Part shown: positions 1-5,169 of the stretch, in pieces
How the letters are laid out: every line of letters begins with the position of its first letter
Position numbering within the stretch: the stretch's first letter is position 1
IMG/VR virus record: IMGVR_UViG_3300029495_000074
Direction: 5' to 3' (one strand)
DNA length: 6,070 nt
Origin: a virus
Position numbers and translations under genes: made by a program
Notes under the pieces: generated by a model
What the model was told of the DNA's origin: nothing
What the model saw: the letters and a program-made list of their open reading frames with translations, nothing else
The model's database searches: none

Positions 1-123
1 ACAAAATAGCGTAATTTGCCCCTGTAAGCCTTTCTGAGCCGTTTTAAAAATTTTTGAACGTCAGGATACAGTAACGTTTGGACGCTTTCAGGGCGCTTCT
101 CTCCCGGCTTCCAGACGTATTGC
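1..123. repeat. Terminal direct repeat, copy 1. Identical to 5948..6070. Interpreted as the assembly overlap of a circular 5947-nt genome.
   Basis: Base-by-base comparison: acaaaatagcgtaatttgcc...ccagacgtattgc occurs at both ends of the window with no mismatch. An ORF reads through the join without a stop. Confidence 0.95.
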
Positions 124-446
124 ACTTTTCGCATGATTTCACCTGTGTTTATAATCATTCCCGGTACATGGTCGTCATCATAGGTTAGTGTAATAAACCA
201 GACTTGTTCTTTTGGATAATCTCGTGCTTCCAATTCTATTCGCGTTGTCCAGTCCTCACGTTGCCTGATTCTGCACCCAATACATTGTCCGCATGGTATT
301 AGCATAATGTTTTTTTGGTACATCAAATCTTCATATTTGAGCTGTTTCCCTGACATTTCAGAAAAACGGGCGAGTGAATACACCCGCCCGCTTATATCTT
401 TGTTGTTCGGGTTGTACAGCCTTATTAATGGCTTGTAGCAACTCAT
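1..446 (-). CDS. VP4: Replication initiation protein VP4 (HUH rolling-circle Rep), N-terminal part. It continues into 5947..5374 across the circular junction. The full gene is 1020 nt (339 aa).
   Basis: Manual reverse-complement translation from ATG 446..444 has no stop: MSCYKPLIRLYNPNNKDISGRVYSLARFSEMSGKQLKYEDLMYQKNIMLIPCGQCIGCRIRQREDWTTRIELEARDYPKEQVWFITLTYDDDHVPG...LRKAYRGKLRYFV. The M-x-C-x-x-P start, CGQCIGCR and FITLTYD motifs are typical of Microviridae VP4. The ATG overlaps the VP2 TGA (ATGA) and has an AGGTGA SD-like element upstream. The frame (codon first bases at positions 2 mod 3) matches the 5374..5904 ORF when joined. It is missing from the ORF track because it runs off the window start. 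Confidence 0.9.
   Translation of the reverse strand, partial: MSCYKPLIRLYNPNNKDISGRVYSLARFSEMSGKQLKYEDLMYQKNIMLIPCGQCIGCRIRQREDWTTRIELEARDYPKEQVWFITLTYDDDHVPGMIINTGEIMRKVQYVWKPGEKRPESVQTLLYPDVQKFLKRLRKAYRGKLRYF
361..390 (-). terminator. Candidate intrinsic terminator or attenuator embedded in the 5' end of VP4, just downstream of the VP2 stop.
   Basis: The minus strand reads CGGGCGgGTG-TATT-CACtCGCCCG followed by TTTTTCT. That gives a 6-bp GC stem plus 3 more bp across one mismatch, a 4-nt loop and a T-tract. Because it lies inside the coding sequence (codons SGRVYSLARFS), its function is an inference. Confidence 0.4.
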
Positions 447-1297
447 TTTAAGTAATCACCTGGCTTTCTTTTTTCTCCGTATTTTCCGGTCTTGTCTTGT
501 GGCGCAATATAGTTTTTCTTTGTCGGTTGTTTTACTGTTGCCTTATCGATTGCCTTATCTGTGCCGCTTGCAACATCTGTTAAGGCTTTCTGAAGTCCGT
601 AAGGTGTCATGTGCGTTGTGCTAAGCATTTGCTGCCAGCTTTGTGCTGCGTTGTACCAGTCGCTTTGTGACCAGCTATAGCTTTCATATGCGTTTGGTAC
701 GAATCCTCCGCTTCTGCTTACTCCCAGTGCGCTGCTGCTTGCTAGTCCCATGCTTGCACCGCTGATTGTTCCGGCACTTCCGCCTGGTGTGCTTGCGCCA
801 CCGTTTGCAAAGGCTAAGATTGGATTAAGTCCTGCCTTGCGCATATCTTCCACTGCTCGTTGATATGCCGTGTTTGACATGTGCTCTTGCCACTCTCTGT
901 TTGCTAGTGCTTCCGCGCTGTTGTAGTTCATGGCTACGCTGTTTTCGATGTGATTATATACGCCTTGCATGATTGCTTGTAAGGTGTTATAGCCCATTTG
1001 TTTAAGCATACTTTGACTGTTGTATTTGCCTTGCATTGCTGCTTCCTGTCCTTGGTATGCGTATGCTTGTTTTAGCCACTCGTCTTCTTGTTTAATGTTT
1101 GTTCCGGCTTGGCTACCGCTTATTGAGTGCCCGCCGCCCTGGTTTATGCTACCGCCCTGGCTTTGGCTGTTACCTGTTTGTCCCCATCCGCCGAATGCTC
1201 CGGCTATGTTTTTAGCTGCTCCCGCGAATGTGCCGATTGTGTTTGCTACGTTTCCCGCTACGTTGAGCGCTGTTAAAAGTCTTGATAATCCTGTCAT
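443..1297 (-). CDS. VP2: Minor capsid / DNA pilot protein VP2 (284 aa).
   Basis: The position directly after VP1 fits gokushovirus synteny. It has a Gly/Ala-rich hydrophobic N-terminus, a G/Q/S low-complexity tract and a conserved-looking core ...HMSNTAYQRAVEDMRKAGLNPILAFANGG.... The stop TGA 443..445 overlaps the VP4 ATG. Confidence 0.8.
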   Translation of the reverse strand: MTGLSRLLTALNVAGNVANTIGTFAGAAKNIAGAFGGWGQTGNSQSQGGSINQGGGHSISGSQAGTNIKQEDEWLKQAYAYQGQEAAMQGKYNSQSMLKQMGYNTLQAIMQGVYNHIENSVAMNYNSAEALANREWQEHMSNTAYQRAVEDMRKAGLNPILAFANGGASTPGGSAGTISGASMGLASSSALGVSRSGGFVPNAYESYSWSQSDWYNAAQSWQQMLSTTHMTPYGLQKALTDVASGTDKAIDKATVKQPTKKNYIAPQDKTGKYGEKRKPGDYLK

Positions 1298-1299
1298 TT

Positions 1300-1324
1300 A
1301 AAAATAGCCCGGATTTCTCCGGGC
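1300..1324 (-). terminator. Intrinsic-terminator-like hairpin in the VP1-VP2 intergenic gap.
   Basis: The minus strand reads GCCCGGA-GAAA-TCCGGGC (1324..1307; 7-bp GC-rich stem, GAAA tetraloop) followed by TATTTTTAA and the VP2 ATG (1297). It sits between the AAAGGAGG SD and the VP2 start codon. Confidence 0.6.
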
Positions 1325-1335
1325 TTCCTCCTTTC

Positions 1336-3033
1336 TTACAGTTTGTACAAGCCCGGTACGCTGTACAAAGGTATCCGTCTTGTGGTCTTGTTTGCTACGC
1401 GGATTGCGCCAAAAAATTGCGGCTCGTCCTGTACGATGAGCGTGCGTGCAATTTCTTCTTTTCCTTCTGTCATCCATTCTTGCGACAGTGTCGGTACAGT
1501 CGAGTAGTTGTCGGCGTAGTGCCAGAAGTCCAGCGGACCTGTCGCGTTGCTTCTCATTTTGCCGGATACGCGGTTAGGCTTCATTCGATAGTCTGCCCAA
1601 GCTTCTTGGTAACCAAATGTTTCTTCGTCTGTTGCTTCTCCGGTCAACATGATTTCCTTTTTCTTCACAGGCTGTTCGCCCAAGTTTGCAAACTGAGGCA
1701 CGTAGTAGTCTAACCTGTCCGTTCTGCTCCAAAAACGTTCCAGGCCTTGCTGGTAACTGTGATTGTGTCGCACACAACAGACACCGATTACGAACCCGTG
1801 TTCCTCAAAGGACTTTGTAAAACTGCTTTCGTTGATGGGTGTTACTGACATTGCGCCAGTTTCGCCGATCGGCGTGTCTGTGTCGCTTTTCTGTCCGCTG
1901 GTTTGTACGATCTGGTTCATGTTGACGCGGTATCTGCCACCGCCCAGGTACTCCGGTACTTGTACTGTTTTATCCGAGATTACCACATCCCATAGTGCCT
2001 GTACCTGCTCACGGTATCTGCTACCACCTCTTGCCAGCGCTTCGTAATATTGCTGTACTGCTACGGCTTTTCGCAAGTCGTTGATTGTTGCGGCGGAGAC
2101 TGATGCGAGGTCTGCGCCTAGGTATACTACGCTGTGTTCCGACCCCGTTCCGTCTCCAATGGCTAAGTATGCTGATCCTGTGCCTCCATCTTCTGCGATT
2201 GCATACAGTTTGTCTTTGATATTGGTCGGGTTTGTGTTTCCGTCATGAAAGCTGTTTACATATAGAGGTGCTTTTTCGTTAAATTTGTCACTTGTGTATC
2301 CGGTTATTCTTGCATTACCTTGCATCGGCAGCATTACTTCTGGCCCGCGCTGCGGATACGGTAAGCAGCTGGTAAAGTAGTCGTGGAATTTGCTGACCGG
2401 TAAACAATAGCCCCCTTTGTATGCGTTTTTTAGTCTATTTTCAATTGTTGCTTCTTTTTCGTTTATTCCGCTTTTTGTTCCTGTGTCGTAAACCACATCT
2501 TGGCTTGCCGTTTGGATTGTTGCTGCGTTTTCAACGTTTTCGTCTCTGAAAAATTCATTCCATATTTTTACGTATGCTCTGACTGGTAGTGCGTTGATAG
2601 CGAATGTGTTCTTTATTTTTGTCGGCACTCCCATGTAGTCAAGGATAGTTCCTTCCGCTGGTTTTGGAATTCCTCCTCCTGTTACGGTTATCACAATTTT
2701 TGGTACTTTGTAATTTTTTTCTGGCATCCAAGGTGTGTCTTCTACTTCTCCCATGAATTTTTTGAAGTCATCCCATAAAATGCGGTTGGGACAATAGAAA
2801 TAATAGAAGTCAATGAATGCATCATCCATCACCGGATACTTTGGCGTGGTCATTCTTATGATTGCGCTTGTGTCTACGCTGAACGTATCGCCTGGAAGCA
2901 CTTCGTCCACGTAGAACGGAATCAGTTTGCCGGCATCAAACGTTGTTAAAATCGTCTGGTCACGGTTGAATCTTGTTCGACTTGCTTTCATTTCTGGGAT
3001 TTGGTTGAAGTGCCGTTCATTGTTTCGATTCAC
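1336..3033 (-). CDS. VP1: Major capsid protein VP1 (F-like jelly-roll), 565 aa, GTG start.
   Basis: Size and N-terminus are typical of the Microviridae MCP: ...HFNQIPEMKASRTRFNRDQTILTTFDAGKLIPFYVDEVLPGDTF.... The start codon is GTG (plus-strand cac 3031..3033) with AAGGAGG 7 nt upstream. GTGA overlaps the VP3 stop. Confidence 0.95.
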   Translation of the reverse strand: MNRNNERHFNQIPEMKASRTRFNRDQTILTTFDAGKLIPFYVDEVLPGDTFSVDTSAIIRMTTPKYPVMDDAFIDFYYFYCPNRILWDDFKKFMGEVEDTPWMPEKNYKVPKIVITVTGGGIPKPAEGTILDYMGVPTKIKNTFAINALPVRAYVKIWNEFFRDENVENAATIQTASQDVVYDTGTKSGINEKEATIENRLKNAYKGGYCLPVSKFHDYFTSCLPYPQRGPEVMLPMQGNARITGYTSDKFNEKAPLYVNSFHDGNTNPTNIKDKLYAIAEDGGTGSAYLAIGDGTGSEHSVVYLGADLASVSAATINDLRKAVAVQQYYEALARGGSRYREQVQALWDVVISDKTVQVPEYLGGGRYRVNMNQIVQTSGQKSDTDTPIGETGAMSVTPINESSFTKSFEEHGFVIGVCCVRHNHSYQQGLERFWSRTDRLDYYVPQFANLGEQPVKKKEIMLTGEATDEETFGYQEAWADYRMKPNRVSGKMRSNATGPLDFWHYADNYSTVPTLSQEWMTEGKEEIARTLIVQDEPQFFGAIRVANKTTRRIPLYSVPGLYKL

Positions 3034-3428
3034 TTTTCTCCCTCCTTTGCTTCAGGTTCTGCTTTTGTTTTTTCCGCTTCCATTTTTTTTAGCTCTTCAA
3101 GCTTCATTGCGTTTGCTTGTGCGGTTGCAATCATGCGGTGGTACTCGTGGATGTTTTGCGGAAATTCGGTAATGTCTGTGTATGTACCGTTTAATGCTCC
3201 TTCTGATAAACTTTTAAGAAACTGTGGGTCAAAACTTGCTTTTCGGACAATGCTTTTGATATCGCATTCGTCTGCATAGCTTTCGATTTCTTGTTGGATG
3301 TCGATTGGTGCAGTTTCTTGGAGTACTTCTTGTCCTTTTTCGTCTTTCGTCCAGACGTATTGCTTTCGGAATTTTTCTCCGCTTTCAGAAAAGAAGGGCT
3401 CGCGCCCTTCTTCGTATCGTTTATTCAT
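3030..3428 (-). CDS. VP3: Internal scaffolding protein VP3 (132 aa).
   Basis: It lies immediately upstream of VP1, as in gokushoviruses. It is acidic and helical with a Lys/Glu-rich C-terminus. The start was chosen at ATG 3428 because GGGAGGG lies 8 nt upstream and the ATG overlaps the VP5 stop (ATGAATAA). The longer track ORF to 3548 lacks a usable SD. Confidence 0.7.
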   Translation of the reverse strand: MNKRYEEGREPFFSESGEKFRKQYVWTKDEKGQEVLQETAPIDIQQEIESYADECDIKSIVRKASFDPQFLKSLSEGALNGTYTDITEFPQNIHEYHRMIATAQANAMKLEELKKMEAEKTKAEPEAKEGEK

Positions 3429-3660
3429 TCGGCTTGCCCTCCCATGTTTTTTCCTTTTCGTTTGTAAATTCGCCGGTTTCGTCTTCAAAAACCGCCAGCT
3501 TAAAGCCGGTATAGTCGCCTGGCGCCTGTCCAACAAACGTTTTTTCATCCTTTGCCATAACGTTGCACATTCGTGCGAATGTTGCGTTGTTCTTGCTCTC
3601 TCCTACCCATGCATAGCATTTTGCCACGCTGTCCCACAAGCCGAAATATTCATGCTTCAT
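3421..3660 (-). CDS. VP5: VP5-like nonstructural protein (79 aa).
   Basis: MKHEYFGLWDSVAKCYAWV...ATFARMCN...PGDYTGFKLAVFEDETGEF matches my recollection of the gokushovirus VP5 pattern (x-D-S-K-A-x-x-Y near the N-terminus, D-F/Y-T-L-F-E-L-G-x-F-D-x-x-T-G later). The AAAGGAGAG SD lies upstream of ATG 3660. Its position upstream of VP3 is syntenic. Confidence 0.7.
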   Translation of the reverse strand: MKHEYFGLWDSVAKCYAWVGESKNNATFARMCNVMAKDEKTFVGQAPGDYTGFKLAVFEDETGEFTNEKEKTWEGKPNE

Positions 3661-3679
3661 GTTATTTACTCTCCTTTGT

Positions 3680-3781
3680 TTACAGCCGGATGCCGCCGCG
3701 CATAGGCTTTTGGCTGAGGTTAATAGTTTTGGTTTTTCGCGCTGTCACGTTGAACATTCGCCGGTCTTTTGCTCCGCTCAT
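3680..3781 (-). CDS. VP8: Small basic DNA-binding/packaging protein, VP8/J-like (33 aa). Not in the supplied ORF track.
   Basis: Manual translation gives MSGAKDRRMFNVTARKTKTINLSQKPMRGGIRL*. It is highly basic, and the C-terminal MRGGIR(L/F) motif matches what I recall for chlamydiamicrovirus ORF8-type proteins. It fills the gap between the 75-aa ORF (stop 3786) and VP5 exactly. No clear SD is present, and the ATG lies 4 nt after the upstream stop, which may indicate coupling. Confidence 0.65.
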   Translation of the reverse strand: MSGAKDRRMFNVTARKTKTINLSQKPMRGGIRL

Positions 3782-3785
3782 TTTT

Positions 3786-4013
3786 TTACGATGTTGTGCC
3801 ATCATTATACTCCCTTCTCATTAATTCCGTTTCGATTGCGTTTGCTAAGGCTTTCATTGCCCAGATTTCATCGATTAACTTATGAGCGTCCTCGATGTTT
3901 GATACTCTTTTGAGCATTTTATACTCGCCTTCTATTTCTTTGTATTTTCGCAAGAGTAGTTCTTGCAATGCTTCTTCGGGCTGGTCTCGTATATTCCATG
4001 TTTTGTACGTCAT
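3786..4013 (-). CDS. Hypothetical protein (75 aa), predicted all-helical and acidic.
   Basis: Start taken at ATG 4013 (MTYKTWNIRDQPEE...) because AAGGAG lies 7 nt upstream and the upstream ORF stops 4 nt before it. The track ORF begins further upstream at 4067 without an SD. I recognise no family. Confidence 0.6.
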   Translation of the reverse strand: MTYKTWNIRDQPEEALQELLLRKYKEIEGEYKMLKRVSNIEDAHKLIDEIWAMKALANAIETELMRREYNDGTTS

Positions 4014-4017
4014 GATT

Positions 4018-4134
4018 TTACTCCTTTTCGTTGATGCTATCGTGCAGTGCGTGATAGATTTCGTCAAGCTTTTCGAGGATTTGCATCATAATGCGGATTG
4101 CCTGTTTGACGTCTTTGATACTGATTAGTGCCAT
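4018..4134 (-). CDS. Hypothetical small protein (38 aa). Not in the supplied ORF track.
   Basis: Manual translation gives MALISIKDVKQAIRIMMQILEKLDEIYHALHDSINEKE*. The AAGGGGG SD lies 6 nt upstream of ATG 4134. It starts 1 nt after the peptidase stop, and its own stop lies 4 nt before the next start, so it fills the gap exactly. Confidence 0.5.
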   Translation of the reverse strand: MALISIKDVKQAIRIMMQILEKLDEIYHALHDSINEKE

Positions 4135-4135
4135 T

Positions 4136-4528
4136 TTATACCCCCTTTCTGTACTTTGCATTGCGTACATCAAAATGTATCCAGTTATCGTATACGATAA
4201 TGCCGCAATTGTTTGGTACGATTTTATTTAGCTCCTTTGCTACGTCTTTTGGTGTCATGCCGTTTACTCGGATATCTGCTGCGCATCCTCTCATGTGGTA
4301 GCTGTACTTTGCACCGCCAACTTTTTTGTTGTGTTCCGGTGTCCGGTATCCGCTGGTGATGATTATCGGTTTGTTGATTGTCTGCCGCAGCATCTCTAGC
4401 AGTGTTACTAGATATTCGTCGATAAACACGATCGGGCTCCCGTCTTTGCACGCAAATTCTTTTACTTTAAAGTGGTTTGTGATTTTTACGTTTCCGTCTG
4501 TGTCTGCGAGATAGCTCTTGATGTTCAT
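4136..4528 (-). CDS. Zinc peptidoglycan peptidase, Peptidase_M15 (M15_3/M15A, LAS-fold) family. Candidate endolysin (130 aa).
   Basis: The family motifs appear in the expected order: F-K-V-K-E-F-A-C-K-D-G, then SGYRTPEHNKKVGGAKYSYHMRGCAADI (the S-x-H-x-x-G-x-A-x-D zinc-ligand motif), then WIHFDV (H-x-D). No N-terminal signal peptide or TM segment is visible. Confidence 0.85.
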   Translation of the reverse strand: MNIKSYLADTDGNVKITNHFKVKEFACKDGSPIVFIDEYLVTLLEMLRQTINKPIIITSGYRTPEHNKKVGGAKYSYHMRGCAADIRVNGMTPKDVAKELNKIVPNNCGIIVYDNWIHFDVRNAKYRKGV

Positions 4529-4534
4529 ATCCTA

Positions 4535-4759
4535 TCATCCTTTCGTTATCTTGTCAATTTCTGATGCGGGATACGTGGCGTAATCTGTGTATGTTATGGT
4601 GTTTAAGATTTGGCTGTCTCGATCGTTGCGCCCGATCAGGTACTCGTCTGTACCGTCTAAGTAATCTATAACGTATTTGTTGCCATATTTTGTCGTTCTT
4701 TTGCTTTCGCCTTTTTTTATCATGTCAATTAGGACTTTTTTTAGATCTTTTTTTCTCAT
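4535..4759 (-). CDS. Hypothetical protein (74 aa), first gene after the promoter.
   Basis: The ORF begins about 40 nt downstream of the predicted transcription start, after a purine-rich leader (GAAAGAAGTGAAAC). It has a basic N-terminus (MRKKDLKKVLIDMIKKGESKR) and a likely beta-rich remainder. Its stop lies 6 nt before the peptidase ATG. I recognise no family. Confidence 0.55.
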   Translation of the reverse strand: MRKKDLKKVLIDMIKKGESKRTTKYGNKYVIDYLDGTDEYLIGRNDRDSQILNTITYTDYATYPASEIDKITKG

Positions 4760-4807
4760 TTTGTTTCACTTCTTTCTTTTTTTTGAGGTTTCTCTCTCTC
4801 TTTTTGT

Positions 4808-4836
4808 ATTATACCACTTTATGCTTTTTTTTGCAA
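4808..4836 (-). promoter_or_regulatory. Near-consensus sigma70/sigmaA promoter with an extended -10, driving the whole minus-strand operon.
   Basis: The minus strand reads TTGCAA (4836..4831), a 17-nt spacer ending in TGG, then TATAAT (4813..4808), i.e. TGnTATAAT. It lies at the downstream edge of the noncoding region, directly upstream of the first ORF. Confidence 0.75.
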
Positions 4837-5002
4837 GTGAATGTTTTTCATCTTAGCGTTAATCGTTTTTTAGTCTTGACTTTCATAGTTTGTTCATTTT
4901 TGTTGCTGGTCTTGCTCCTTTGTTTTGAATGCGCTTTAGCGCTCTTCCGTGCGTAGCGTATGCGGAGCTCGGATAATCCATTCATTGTAAGCGCTGTGCG
5001 CG

Positions 5003-5169
5003 TTTTCAACACTTTCAACAGTTTCAACAGGTTTTCAACATAAAGTTGCACAAAGGTTTTCGTCATTTTGACGGACTTTCAACAATTCAACAAGTTTTCA
5101 ATAAAACTTTCAACAGTGTTTTTTGCTTTTTATTTACGCTTTAGCGTTAAATTTTAGTACTTTTCAACT
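5003..5169. repeat. Array of nine direct yTTTCAACA repeats (TGTTGAAAr on the coding strand): two clusters of four plus one outlier.
   Basis: The 9-mers start at 5003 TTTTCAACA, 5012 CTTTCAACA, 5021 GTTTCAACA and 5032 TTTTCAACA. After a 35-bp spacer holding a CGTCA-TTT-TGACG mini-hairpin (5061..5073), they continue at 5076 CTTTCAACA, 5084 AATTCAACA, 5095 TTTTCAATA and 5107 CTTTCAACA, with an outlier at 5161 TTTTCAACT. Spacing within clusters is 8 to 12 bp. Confidence 0.85.

Noticed and set aside
1-123. The terminal repeat as a biological direct terminal repeat, LTR or transposon end.
   Set aside because: It falls in the middle of the rep coding sequence and restores a continuous ORF when circularised. 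Microviridae genomes are covalently closed circles, so the repeat is an assembly overlap.
111-124. Identical 14-mer on the coding strand, GCAATACGTCTGGA, in Rep (111..124) and VP3 (3351..3364). In both it encodes Q-Y-V-W in frame.
   Set aside because: It is a single short repeat with a non-negligible chance expectation in a 6-kb genome. There is no flanking similarity and no structural context, so it is probably coincidence.
305-356. ATG at 356 (and in-frame ATGs at 323 and 305) as the Rep start. Under this reading the 367..390 hairpin would be an intergenic terminator after VP2.
   Set aside because: The frame stays open upstream to ATG 446, and the extra 30 codons begin MSCYKPL..., the canonical Microviridae VP4 N-terminus. 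That ATG overlaps the VP2 stop. The hairpin is therefore inside rep and is kept only as a lower-confidence attenuator.
3429-3548. N-terminal extension of VP3 (the track ORF starts at 3548: MKKRLLDRRQATIPALSWRF...).
   Set aside because: The AAGG element abuts ATG 3548 with no spacing, and the extension fully overlaps the VP5 C-terminus in another frame. ATG 3428 has a GGGAGGG SD at proper spacing and a stop/start overlap with VP5.
4224-4451. Nested alternative-frame minus-strand ORFs (4224..4451 inside the peptidase gene, 1574..1777 inside VP1) as possible phiX174 E-like overlapping lysis genes.
   Set aside because: Both translate to Arg/Gln/Asp-rich hydrophilic sequences without a TM helix, and I saw no SD. 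An E-like amurin would need a hydrophobic N-terminal segment.
4848-5066. Minus-strand 72-aa ORF in the noncoding region with a very basic C-terminal half (RIRYARKSAKAHSKQRSKTSNKNEQTMKVKTKKRLTLR). I considered it as a J/VP8-like DNA-binding protein.
   Set aside because: It has no SD at any candidate ATG and lies upstream of the main promoter. Its N-terminal half (VENLLKLLKVLK) is simply the TGTTGAAA repeat array read in frame. The basic tail can be explained by the A-rich strand. A much better VP8 candidate with the MRGGIRL motif exists at 3680..3781. It is worth re-checking only if conserved in relatives.
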